Shown here: positions 1 to 9,071 of the stretch, piece by piece
Position numbering within the stretch: position 1 is the first letter of the stretch
Layout of the letters: every line of letters starts with the position of its first letter
NCBI GenBank assembly: GCA_013202845.1
Contig: JABMPT010000011.1
Span: forward strand, 7,669 to 71,668
DNA from: Candidatus Woesearchaeota archaeon
GTDB taxonomy: Archaea; Nanobdellota; Nanobdellia; Woesearchaeales; GCA-2686295
Length of the DNA: 64,000 nucleotides
Reading direction: 5' to 3'
The notes under the pieces: model-generated
Told to the model about the DNA's origin: nothing
Database searches by the model: none
The model's input: only the letters and a program-made list of their open reading frames with translations
Position numbers and translations under genes: made by a program

Positions 1-486
1 TAATCTTCCGACAAATGCCGATGCAACCGCATCCAGTTCATCCTGGGAATACTCTCTTCTCTCCATAGTTAAATTATATAATTTTAGAAGTCTCTTCAGC
101 TCCATATAATTGCCTTTTCTAGGCATCTTCATTATATCGTAGAATGCTCCAGGGTAAACTTCGATAACCAAGAATCCTTTTTTCTGAAAATGATCTCTTA
201 GAGCCATTCCCCTAACAGTCAGCTTTTCCATCGCAACCAAACCTTTTGGAGGAAAGAACTTTATCCTTCGCTTGTTCATGGCGTACTCTGCTTTTCTCCA
301 ATTGCCTTTCTCTGGAAAATTTAGAGGAGCATCTATTGCCACCACATCAGGTTTTATCTCTTCAACCTTACTGATAATATCAGCACTATTTTTCAGCTCA
401 GAAACTTCCTCTATCTCATTACCCATATGGCAAAAACCAGTGATTCTTTCCTCGCTTCCTGCAAGGTCAAGGCCGACTATTTTCAT
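1..486 (-). CDS. DUF429-family protein (RNase H-like fold), runs off the window start
   Basis: Hand translation from ATG at 486: MKIVGLDLAGSEERITGFC...VVAIDAPLNFP...VIEVYPGA...DELDAVASA; absent from the ORF track because it is truncated. Confidence 0.8.
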   Translation of the reverse strand, partial: MKIVGLDLAGSEERITGFCHMGNEIEEVSELKNSADIISKVEEIKPDVVAIDAPLNFPEKGNWRKAEYAMNKRRIKFFPPKGLVAMEKLTVRGMALRDHFQKKGFLVIEVYPGAFYDIMKMPRKGNYMELKRLLKLYNLTMERREYSQDELDAVASAFVGRL

Positions 487-487
487 T

Positions 488-832
488 TTAAAAGTCTATA
501 ATATCATTTATTGACGTATTTGAAAATTTTATTGTGTACAATGGTAATTCAATCACATATTTAACTCTTTTCTTTGAATTATAAAATCCAAAAGGCTTGA
601 AATCCTCTTTCAAATCAACAACTCTCTTGTTCTCGTCAAGAAATAACACATCAATTGGATAAAACACAAATATCATGTGTAATGAAGTTTTTTTTAGCTT
701 CTTGAACTCGAATATAAGGCCGAAGTCTATTTGTTTCCTTGCAAACATTAACCCTTTTGCTTGTGACCATGAAGATACGCAAATCTTGTTTTTCTTTACA
801 AGAATTTTTCCCTTTGTGGTGTTTGTTATCAT
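488..832 (-). CDS. DUF192-family protein
   Basis: KGLMF...GLIFEF...LHMIFVFYPIDVLFLD...YVIELP motifs. Confidence 0.85.
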   Translation of the reverse strand: MITNTTKGKILVKKNKICVSSWSQAKGLMFARKQIDFGLIFEFKKLKKTSLHMIFVFYPIDVLFLDENKRVVDLKEDFKPFGFYNSKKRVKYVIELPLYTIKFSNTSINDIIDF

Positions 833-833
833 C

Positions 834-1781
834 TTAACAATTACTGTAGCTCAGCTGATCGACTTCATAATCACTCAAATGACCACTGTCCATTTTAAAC
901 CATGAAGGCATATTGTAGAAGTTACATTTATTATTTGTGCTTTGGTTACCAAAATATATGTAATCCACTATGCTCCTGGTGTAGTCAACAACAATATCTT
1001 CTTGTTTTTCCAAGAAGCTTATATCGACCAGACTCTCTATTCCATGTGTACTATCAGATAGATTTCCTTCAAATCTCATCATGAAACTGGGCGCTTTGTC
1101 AGAAGCTTTGTAATAACCATTTTCTATGTGCAATGAAATATTAGCAGTCTTATTGTCATCACTCACAAAATCGCTTATATTGGTTGGTTTGATGAAGTTC
1201 TGGAATCTTCCCAAAGTATTGACAGAATAGATGGGATCCTTCAAATCCTCTATAGGTATCTTTGATGTGAATGTTTCGTTAAAGTTCCATTCTGCCAATC
1301 CTTTATTATCAATTATATTGACTGTTGAGAGAATATCTACAACAACATTCCAGGGATCAGTCTGGTAAAAGGTTATCTGAAGAACTGTTATATTAAGAGA
1401 TATGCCTATATTCCCTGATTGCTGGTTAACTCCTTGAAGAAAATGAGAAAAGCTCTGACCCTTGAGTATATCAGGAGTTGTGTTACCTATTGTGCCGTTA
1501 TAGAATGGTTCTTTAAATTCCTCTCCAGCGTCACTCAAGAAACTTCCTGTTTCTATAATCTGTGCCTCGAGAGCAAGCATTGTTCTGAAACCAGCAATGT
1601 ACGCTGCTCTTTGAGCATCCAAGCGCAAATCATCAATGAAATCATTCATAGTTCTTATTCTCGTCTCAATTGTATCTTCTCTCGAGCCAACTTTATATAA
1701 CTCATAAGTGTAGAACACTGCAACCATGACTACCAAAAACACTATGACCATTGTCATGTAAATTATTCCTTGTTTCCTCAT
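834..1781 (-). CDS. Class III signal peptide (pilin-like) surface protein
   Basis: Start moved to ATG 1781, which forms an ATGA overlap with the upstream stop; MRKQG|IIYMTMVIVFLVVMVAVF followed by an extracellular domain rich in N-x-S/T sequons. Confidence 0.65.
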   Translation of the reverse strand: MRKQGIIYMTMVIVFLVVMVAVFYTYELYKVGSREDTIETRIRTMNDFIDDLRLDAQRAAYIAGFRTMLALEAQIIETGSFLSDAGEEFKEPFYNGTIGNTTPDILKGQSFSHFLQGVNQQSGNIGISLNITVLQITFYQTDPWNVVVDILSTVNIIDNKGLAEWNFNETFTSKIPIEDLKDPIYSVNTLGRFQNFIKPTNISDFVSDDNKTANISLHIENGYYKASDKAPSFMMRFEGNLSDSTHGIESLVDISFLEKQEDIVVDYTRSIVDYIYFGNQSTNNKCNFYNMPSWFKMDSGHLSDYEVDQLSYSNC

Positions 1782-4516
1782 TGCCATATCCTCACATCCA
1801 TTATCGATGGCCCCCACATGTAACGTATTCCTTCAACCACGTTAACTACAACTTCAAGGTCCTCTGTAGCGAAATTGAACAATACTCTTCCATCATCATC
1901 ATAGTCAAGAGCAGTAAGTATACCATAACTAGAGACATCGTAGGAATCATCTGAATTATAAGATATCGAAGCACTCGTATATGAACAAATGTTTCCTCCA
2001 ACATAATCACCAGGAATAGTTAAAGTCGTAAAACTTCCATCTTCGAATTCCACATTCCAAACGCAACCTTCAGCTGTTTTCTTAACCTCACTTCTGGTTG
2101 AGGAAAAGTTAACCATGCCTCTGTATATCATTGTATTGTTATCAGAACAGCCTGTTAAATTGGTTGGTGAATCAGCTGTTCTTATAGAGATATTATTATC
2201 ACCATTAACTAAAATATTAGGAGGTATTTCAACATGGAAGGGATCTCCTAAAAGAAAATAATCATCTGAATAGTCTTGTAATGAGAAAACTGTTTGGTTA
2301 TTAACAATCAGCAGGTCCGTCCAGTGCTCATCTGAATAAGAAGTTATCCTTGCATCAGCTATTCTCAAACCATCAAATATATTGACTGTTGGAGAGCAGC
2401 TGTTGAATTGTTCTGTCTGAAAAACAACAGAAACCTCGCTTGGTTGCAGTTCCGGAGTAACAGGAGTGTAGTTTAAAAGTATGTTTGAATCACCATACAA
2501 TATTGAGCTGGCAGAGCTTTCATTCATAACAATCCTCTGCGATACTTGTTCTGTTCTCTCAAGTATGTCATAAGCTATTTCTTCATAGATTATCTTTAGC
2601 ATACTCACATTGTTGCTGTGGCTGTATGTGCCGTTGCCTAGTTCTGCAATCTGGTTGAGGGTGTAATTAGCTTTTGAGCAGTCACTTAAAGGTCCGAATC
2701 CTATCGAATACAGTGTTACATTCATATCCTTCCTCGACCTGTTTGCAGAGTAGATAGCGTTTTCTATTGCACCATCATTGTTTGTACATTCAGTGCATTG
2801 CCCTGGAATTTCATCAAAATCACAAGCTCCACTAACATCACACAAGCCTTCGCATTGTTTCAAACCATATACCGATGAATTGCTACTGCATGACCCATCT
2901 GCACAATGTGTTGGAACACCATCAGTCATGACAACTATGAATTTCTGTCTTGTTTCATCGCTGTTGTTCTGCAATAAATCGTAACCCTTGTTGATGGCGC
3001 AAGCCAGACAGGTTTTTCCTTTTCCCTGCTCCTCAAAAGGAAAACTATTGGTGAAATTCTTGATGCCAGTGATGTTTTCAGGGTCATCATAATACTTTAC
3101 TACATCCTCATGCAGGAAGACGGGCCAAAATCTGTTGCCAGAGTAATTCATAACTATATCAATGAATTCTATATCCAAGCAAATAGCTAATTGAGTCCTT
3201 CTAATACTAGGATCAGAATAAACGGCAGCGCAGTCGTTTCCAGCATGCCCCTGACTCCAATCTGAAACAGATTTCTTCATACTTCCAGAATAATCAGTTA
3301 TCAATACTACATCAGCATTCCCGCCAGTTATTATGGTTTCAAAAACCTGTTCATAGGATGACATTCTTATAGGCACAGTTTTCTGGCTCAGGAAACTGTA
3401 ATTTAGCATACCTGATAAAACATCGTTGTTGATCACTACATTTTTCTCTGTTGTTGAATTGCTGTCATTGTACACAATCGTGTCAGCCAAAGATAAATAT
3501 GTTGAGAAACTAGACTGATTGCTAGAATGATTTGAGAAATAATGAAGATTTATCTCCATGCTGTTTAGTATTCCAGGCACATAGAAACCATCATATATAT
3601 TTATCAGACCCCTTATGTCTGGGAAATAATAATACTTGCTATCCCTACTTATATTCTCATGTGTTTGATTGGTTAGATATGTGAGTTTTATATAACCACC
3701 TGAAACATATGAAGCATTTGAAGTGGATGGAAAATTTATTGAGAAATTATTTCTTATAGGAACAGTCAGATTTTTACAGTGAGTCACATTCCATCTATAA
3801 GGACTCATGTTTAGCGTTGGAGCAGGTAATGAAGAATTACATAATTGATCATTAATCAAGAAGTCAAAGCTTTCTGCCGGATCAAGTTCCAATGTTATAT
3901 CAGTTATCTGGTTTGCATCAACATCTGTTGGCAGATTATCAATGAAAACAGTTATATTACCCTGACCAATGAATCCTCCAAAGTATATATAGGAAGAAGT
4001 TCTCTTGTTCTTTATCTTTCTTATATATGCTGATGAAGATGAACCTTCGGCAACTTCTCCTTCAGCAACGCCTGTTATCATCCTTCTGGATGTTACAAGA
4101 TTTAATGGATCTCCTGGTTTTGCAATCTGCGAATAGATTGTTTCTCCTCCCATAGTTACATTCATACTATATATTGAAGGTATGAGTCCTTCAATAAGTA
4201 TTCCAATAAGATTTTGTGCTCTTTCATCACCCAAAGAAGTATTCAACGACCAAAAAGTTCCTACTTGCTCAATAACTGTACTATTAGGATTGACTATTAC
4301 ACTATTATTTATCAAAGATTCAACCCAAGGATTGTTGATTTCACCAACTTTTATCTCGCCTAAAGCCACTAGCAAGTCTTTAGAAACCATATCCATTTGT
4401 TCAGTGCTAATCTCCTGGAACGTAAACTTGGTTATGAGAATTATTCCTATCAGTAAGAGCATCGTCGAGAAAAACGCATCTAAAGTGAAATATATTCCTT
4501 TCTTATTTATTCCCAT
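1778..4516 (-). CDS. Large class III signal peptide protein with a vWA domain (putative pilus adhesin)
   Basis: KKG|IYFTLDAFF N-terminus; vWA motifs DVVLITDYSGSM (MIDAS DxSxS), IVVMTDG and LYSIGFG, with Cys-rich inserts. Confidence 0.75.
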   Translation of the reverse strand: MGINKKGIYFTLDAFFSTMLLLIGIILITKFTFQEISTEQMDMVSKDLLVALGEIKVGEINNPWVESLINNSVIVNPNSTVIEQVGTFWSLNTSLGDERAQNLIGILIEGLIPSIYSMNVTMGGETIYSQIAKPGDPLNLVTSRRMITGVAEGEVAEGSSSSAYIRKIKNKRTSSYIYFGGFIGQGNITVFIDNLPTDVDANQITDITLELDPAESFDFLINDQLCNSSLPAPTLNMSPYRWNVTHCKNLTVPIRNNFSINFPSTSNASYVSGGYIKLTYLTNQTHENISRDSKYYYFPDIRGLINIYDGFYVPGILNSMEINLHYFSNHSSNQSSFSTYLSLADTIVYNDSNSTTEKNVVINNDVLSGMLNYSFLSQKTVPIRMSSYEQVFETIITGGNADVVLITDYSGSMKKSVSDWSQGHAGNDCAAVYSDPSIRRTQLAICLDIEFIDIVMNYSGNRFWPVFLHEDVVKYYDDPENITGIKNFTNSFPFEEQGKGKTCLACAINKGYDLLQNNSDETRQKFIVVMTDGVPTHCADGSCSSNSSVYGLKQCEGLCDVSGACDFDEIPGQCTECTNNDGAIENAIYSANRSRKDMNVTLYSIGFGPLSDCSKANYTLNQIAELGNGTYSHSNNVSMLKIIYEEIAYDILERTEQVSQRIVMNESSASSILYGDSNILLNYTPVTPELQPSEVSVVFQTEQFNSCSPTVNIFDGLRIADARITSYSDEHWTDLLIVNNQTVFSLQDYSDDYFLLGDPFHVEIPPNILVNGDNNISIRTADSPTNLTGCSDNNTMIYRGMVNFSSTRSEVKKTAEGCVWNVEFEDGSFTTLTIPGDYVGGNICSYTSASISYNSDDSYDVSSYGILTALDYDDDGRVLFNFATEDLEVVVNVVEGIRYMWGPSIMDVRIWQ

Positions 4517-5022
4517 ACATAAAGCACCATTTGTATTATTGAATTATTATATATCACAAACCTTGTTACTCTTACCAAATTATCATATTCTAAACCCGAG
4601 ATATCAACTGCGCAACTTGTCAAGTTAATAGCTCCATAGCCACACTTTGTTATGTTCAACACTGTGAGATTCTTCTGAAAGAACAATAAATAATCAAGGC
4701 CTGATGGCAAATAAAACTTTGTATCTGGATAAGACATATTGTACAATCGAGAAACTTTTGTTATGTTTAATCGATTATTAGTTATCAATCCTATCTTGAC
4801 AAGAGTGTCATTTGTCCAGTTATTAGGAACTCCTTCTGATAAGAAATCTTCTGAGGTTGTCTCTGCTTCAACTCTGATTCTTGAAAAATCATCATCTGTC
4901 ATTGCGTTAAATATGAACCTTGAAGTAAGAAGCACTCCTATCAAGAATATTATAAACCCTATTATGAAATCAGTGATCCAGACTTGCGCCTTTTTATTCG
5001 ATAACAACTTGTCCTCCAACAT
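4507..5022 (-). CDS. Class III signal peptide (pilin-like) protein
   Basis: KKA|QVWITDFIIGFIIFLIGVLL; GVPNNW motif. Confidence 0.7.
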   Translation of the reverse strand: MLEDKLLSNKKAQVWITDFIIGFIIFLIGVLLTSRFIFNAMTDDDFSRIRVEAETTSEDFLSEGVPNNWTNDTLVKIGLITNNRLNITKVSRLYNMSYPDTKFYLPSGLDYLLFFQKNLTVLNITKCGYGAINLTSCAVDISGLEYDNLVRVTRFVIYNNSIIQMVLYVWE

Positions 5023-5374
5023 TCTTTATTGTGTTGTTTCCTTTTTCCAGGGTTCCTGTTATTTTTGGTATTGGAACAGCGACATCTGCTTCTTCATAGC
5101 TTAGAACCAGAACTCTGTCTGAATTACTAATTTCAAAATCATATTGTCCAATATAGTCTGGTATGAATATATCCCTTGAGTATCCTTCATGAACTTCTGA
5201 TGCTAATATTAGTTCTCTCTGCAGCTCAAAAGCATAGCTCTTCATCTCTGCAGCTTTCTGGTCAGCTCTAGTGTCATTCATCACAACGAGAAAACCAAAC
5301 AAGACTATTAAGGCAAGTATAACTCCCATTATCATCATTGTCATAAACTCTAAAGCAACTTGTCCCTTAGCCAG
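4994..5374 (-). CDS. Class III signal peptide (pilin-like) protein with probable CTG start
   Basis: In-frame extension CTG GCT AAG GGA CAA GTT GCT TTA GAG TTT ATG gives (M)AKG|QVALEFM, preceded by GGGGTGA. Confidence 0.7.
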   Translation of the reverse strand: MAKGQVALEFMTMMIMGVILALIVLFGFLVVMNDTRADQKAAEMKSYAFELQRELILASEVHEGYSRDIFIPDYIGQYDFEISNSDRVLVLSYEEADVAVPIPKITGTLEKGNNTIKNVGGQVVIE

Positions 5375-5379
5375 TTAAA

Positions 5380-5787
5380 TCACCCCAAAATGGTCACACC
5401 ATCCCCAACTGCAGATATCTTTATAGAATGCCTACCAGGATTAGTATTTAATGTTCCAGAGACATTATTAGTGGCAACAAATCTTGTGAAGTTATAAGCA
5501 AAAGTTCCAGTATCAACCTCATATATTGTCCTGTTATCTATGAACGTGACTAATTCTATGTGTTTAGGAACATAAATCTCCAGCGTTTTAGTGGTTGGCT
5601 CTCCAAGATAGTAAACATTATCAATTGCATCCACGAGTTCCTCTGCTAGCTTGTTCAGTTGTGCAGAAGTTATGTCCTCATCAAGACCCTGAGCTTCTGT
5701 CAAGAACAGCAACATCACAGGTATGATTAGCAAGAACGCAAATGCGGTAATCATCAGAAACTCTAAACTCACCTGCCCCTTTTTCAT
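5380..5787 (-). CDS. Class III signal peptide (pilin-like) protein
   Basis: MKKG|QVSLEFLMITAFAFLLII, the canonical archaeal prepilin motif with Glu at +5. Confidence 0.8.
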   Translation of the reverse strand: MKKGQVSLEFLMITAFAFLLIIPVMLLFLTEAQGLDEDITSAQLNKLAEELVDAIDNVYYLGEPTTKTLEIYVPKHIELVTFIDNRTIYEVDTGTFAYNFTRFVATNNVSGTLNTNPGRHSIKISAVGDGVTILG

Positions 5788-5823
5788 TATAGAACAAACA
5801 ATTGAGGTTAGAATATTTAAAGT

Positions 5824-6591
5824 TTATCCTATATAGCTCATCTCTTTGTAGTGTTTGAGCTGGTTCAGGGTTGTATGCTTTGTTGCTGTGTCTGAGCCGT
5901 TTTCCTCGTCAAATCTCTTGATTTCTCTGTTGATGACTTTCATCGGTATCTTGAAGTCATACTTCTTGTTCAACACTTTGATTATCTCTTTGGCACCTCT
6001 CAAACCGACATACATTGGATGGCCGTATGTTTCTGCCAGTAAAGAAGCTGCTTTTATCTTTCTCTTCTGGCTTAAACCGACCAGTAATCCTGACACTCCT
6101 ATGATTGGGCCCACAACTCCATACAGCTTTGTGTTGACCTTGTACTTTGCAAACTCCCTGACAAACCTTGGCTCATTACCTGTGCAGAAAACCTTTGGGT
6201 TTTCAGGAGCTTCATTTATGCCTATTCCACCAAGAGTTATTATCTCAGTGCATTTGTGCTTTTCAATAACATCAAGTATCTTCTCTGTGAATTCGTATGA
6301 TGAGCGTTCATCCATTGGCTGGACATCGCCTGTTAAGAATATGAAATCCTTGCCATTCAGTTTTTTATGATACATTTCAATCTTTGGAAGTTCTACAAGG
6401 TTGTCTTCGTTGACAAATACAGAGTTAGGCAGTGAGTGCGAGAAAAGATCCATAATCTTGTAAGCGTCTAATTCCTCGACGAGAATATCTGCAACTATCT
6501 TTCCAACATTTCCAAGGCCTGGTAATCCTTCTATGAATACAGGGTTCTTGAATTTCAGGTTTTTCTTTGTTGATATTTTCCAACTCGTCAT
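5824..6591 (-). CDS. PAC2-family proteasome assembly chaperone
   Basis: IEGLPGLGNVGK, ITLGG and GPIIGVSGLL motifs; start moved to 6591 (ATGA overlap with the nop10 stop); conserved context downstream of nop10. Confidence 0.88.
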   Translation of the reverse strand: MTSWKISTKKNLKFKNPVFIEGLPGLGNVGKIVADILVEELDAYKIMDLFSHSLPNSVFVNEDNLVELPKIEMYHKKLNGKDFIFLTGDVQPMDERSSYEFTEKILDVIEKHKCTEIITLGGIGINEAPENPKVFCTGNEPRFVREFAKYKVNTKLYGVVGPIIGVSGLLVGLSQKRKIKAASLLAETYGHPMYVGLRGAKEIIKVLNKKYDFKIPMKVINREIKRFDEENGSDTATKHTTLNQLKHYKEMSYIG

Positions 6592-6740
6592 TTTCCGTAT
6601 TTTGTTTTTCTCCTGTAAGCGCCGTATTTGTCTTCTGGGCTGTATTTTTGCGGTTTGGGGTTGATTCTCTTGCCACCGCAATCACAGTTTTCCTTCAACC
6701 CATAGTTTCCGCATTTATCGCATTTGAGTATATGGCTCAT
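6588..6740 (-). CDS. nop10: H/ACA RNP protein Nop10
   Basis: Hand translation MSHILKCDKCGNYGLKENCDCGGKRINPKPQKYSPEDKYGAYRRKTKYGK; lies between aIF-2alpha and PAC2. Confidence 0.92.
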   Translation of the reverse strand: MSHILKCDKCGNYGLKENCDCGGKRINPKPQKYSPEDKYGAYRRKTKYGK

Positions 6741-7519
6741 TTTTCAATTCTCTCAAATACTGCTTCTCCGTCTTTCTCCTCCATGTAGTTCAACACTTCG
6801 TTCTTTGCCTTTTCCATTATGCTCTCTGCTTTCTTGTAGTCTTTTGCAGTAACCTTTAGCATGTATCTCCCACCACCTTCATAGGCGATGTTGACTTTTT
6901 CGTCGACTTTTTCTGCGTTTTGAAGAGCAGTCCTTATTACCTCAACACCATTCTCATCATAACTTGAAAGTTTGAATTCTCCTGCAATCAGTACTTCTTT
7001 TGGTTTTATCTTGTCTTTTATTACTTTTGTAAGCTTGTCTGCCAGTTTCTTGTCAAGACCTAATGAATCCAATTTTAAATTAGTTTCAACAACATCGTTG
7101 AAAGCAAGATGAACCATGTCGTACTCTTTCAGGATTGGTTTTGAAACGACTTTGTAAAGGTCCTCCAAGGTCTTTTTTTGCTCTTTTGCCAGACTCTCAA
7201 TTATTTTTTCTGCTTTCTGTTCCTGCTTTATTGCGTCAAGTTTTCTCCTTCTTTGAGCCTCATTTACACGTCTTAAAGAAAGATCTATATGCCCTCTTTC
7301 CTTACTAATCTTCAGGATCAGGCAAACAACTTTTTTCCCTTCCTTAACATAATCCCTGATGTTCCTTATCCTTCCAGGACTAACTTCAGAAATGTGGATC
7401 ATGCCGGATTGATTCTTGTACTCATCCAAGTCACAGAACACAGAATGGAACTGCACTTTAGTAACAGTACATAGAACTAATTCATCTTCCTCTGGAATTC
7501 CTTCCCTCTTAAAAAGCAT
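6737..7519 (-). CDS. eif2a: Translation initiation factor aIF-2 alpha
   Basis: S1 domain PEEDELVLCTV...GMIHISEVSPGRIRNIRD...GHIDLSLRRV. Confidence 0.95.
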   Translation of the reverse strand: MLFKREGIPEEDELVLCTVTKVQFHSVFCDLDEYKNQSGMIHISEVSPGRIRNIRDYVKEGKKVVCLILKISKERGHIDLSLRRVNEAQRRRKLDAIKQEQKAEKIIESLAKEQKKTLEDLYKVVSKPILKEYDMVHLAFNDVVETNLKLDSLGLDKKLADKLTKVIKDKIKPKEVLIAGEFKLSSYDENGVEVIRTALQNAEKVDEKVNIAYEGGGRYMLKVTAKDYKKAESIMEKAKNEVLNYMEEKDGEAVFERIEK

Positions 7520-7698
7520 TATTCCAAGACCTCCAGGATCCTGGTTTTGACGACGGTCTTACCGCCACTTGGCTCTGCCAGAACTTTTCCGCAGACCAAA
7601 CATTCAATCTTAGAAGCGGACTTTCCGAACACTATCTGTTCGTTTTTACACTTTGCACATCTTAGTTTTATAAACTTTGAATCAGGATTTCTTTTCAT
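7519..7698 (-). CDS. rps27e: 30S ribosomal protein S27e
   Basis: Hand translation MKRNPDSKFIKLRCAKCKNEQIVFGKSASKIECLVCGKVLAEPSGGK...; TAATG overlap with aIF-2alpha. Confidence 0.95.
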   Translation of the reverse strand: MKRNPDSKFIKLRCAKCKNEQIVFGKSASKIECLVCGKVLAEPSGGKTVVKTRILEVLE

Positions 7699-7787
7699 CT
7701 TAAAATACCCCTTATATTTTTGAATCTGAAGAATTTTGACGTCTTTATAAAGGTTACCAATAGGTTTAAATAGAGAAAATTACAGAA

Positions 7788-8099
7788 TTATACCAACTCA
7801 ATCTTTTTAGCTCTGATTCCTGTACTTTGCATGTGTGTTTTTCCACAGTCTTTGCAGGTGTATCTGAAATCGCTCTTTTTAGAAAGTTTTTTTCCAACCA
7901 TTTTTGGCTTTGGTGGTTTACTGTATTTTCCAAGGTTTCCGAAACCCCTCCATAGTCCTCTCTGTCTTGTTCTCTTTTTTGAACCTGCTGATAAAGGATG
8001 TTTTGATCCTTTAGACTTTCTTTTAGCTTGAGAGACTTTATGCTCTGAATGCTTATTGCATTTTGGACAATGCCTTTTCATAGTCTTTGGCTTTTTCAT
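7788..8099 (-). CDS. rpl44e: 50S ribosomal protein L44e
   Basis: CPKCNKHSEHKV...CKDCGK zinc ribbon; upstream of rps27e. Confidence 0.93.
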   Translation of the reverse strand: MKKPKTMKRHCPKCNKHSEHKVSQAKRKSKGSKHPLSAGSKKRTRQRGLWRGFGNLGKYSKPPKPKMVGKKLSKKSDFRYTCKDCGKTHMQSTGIRAKKIELV

Positions 8100-8190
8100 A
8101 AAAACACCTCATTGTTTTTATGGAAACTCAAAAACTCTGTTTTTGCTTTTTTCATCGTAGCTCACAGAAAAAATACTCCATTTATAAATA

Positions 8191-8940
8191 TTATTCTTTA
8201 ATCTCTTCTACCTTGCCTTTATTTATCAGAATATTAGCTATTATCCTTGGAACTTCTGCTTCGTCCCCTTCTTTGAAAGGACCGTAAACTTCCAGTTTCT
8301 TGCCCAAGAACTTTGGAACTTCGCCAGTGAACTTCACCTTTACTTTTTCATCGTAATCATCGCCAGCTTCTTCTTGTTTTACTTCTTCTTCTTTTTCTAC
8401 TGGTTCAGTTTCTGGCTCTTCCTTTTCTTCCTCTTCTTTTTCTACTTCTTCTGAAACTTCTTCTTTAGGAGGCTCATCCTCCTTTTTCTCGTCGACAGGA
8501 GCTGGTTTTGGAGTTACTCTTATTTCACCGTTTTCAAAGAATAAGACATTCTTCAAAACACTATCTCTATTGCTGTTCAACACTTCTAAAACTTCATTAA
8601 AGAATGTTTTTTCAGTTGGCAACATTGCTGTAGTGTTTGTAAGTGTTGATCCTGTCTTTGATTTATTGACAGCAATCCTTATTATCTTTCTTTCTCTGAC
8701 TTCATACAACTCTTTCACTATTTTTTTGATGTTCTGGATCTGTATCCTTGTCTTTTCTTCTTCTGATGCTCCGAACAACCCGGATTGTGCACCATTTTTT
8801 TCTAACATTGACTGCTTTTGGTTCAGATAGACCAACACATCTGAGTAAAAAGTCTCATCTAATTCCTGTAATTCTTCTCGATCTTTTTCCCTTCTTAGAA
8901 GATCAAACAGAGTCTCATATGTAATCTTTACCTCATTCAT
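8191..8940 (-). CDS. GINS complex protein (Gins51/Gins15 type)
   Basis: ITYETLFDLLRREK..ELQELDETFY, YEVRERKI, acidic linker, C-terminal YGPFKEGD...IANILINKG B-domain; canonical position upstream of rpl44e. Confidence 0.85.
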   Translation of the reverse strand: MNEVKITYETLFDLLRREKDREELQELDETFYSDVLVYLNQKQSMLEKNGAQSGLFGASEEEKTRIQIQNIKKIVKELYEVRERKIIRIAVNKSKTGSTLTNTTAMLPTEKTFFNEVLEVLNSNRDSVLKNVLFFENGEIRVTPKPAPVDEKKEDEPPKEEVSEEVEKEEEEKEEPETEPVEKEEEVKQEEAGDDYDEKVKVKFTGEVPKFLGKKLEVYGPFKEGDEAEVPRIIANILINKGKVEEIKE

Positions 8941-9071
8941 GATAAAGAAGGGATTAGTAGGGGTATTTAAATTTTTTTAGTTGCAAACCTTTAAAAAATC
9001 ATTTCCTTTCTTCCAATCCATGAAAGTTTAAAAACTAGAGGTTTTTTAACTTCATAATTTTGGTGAAAATT

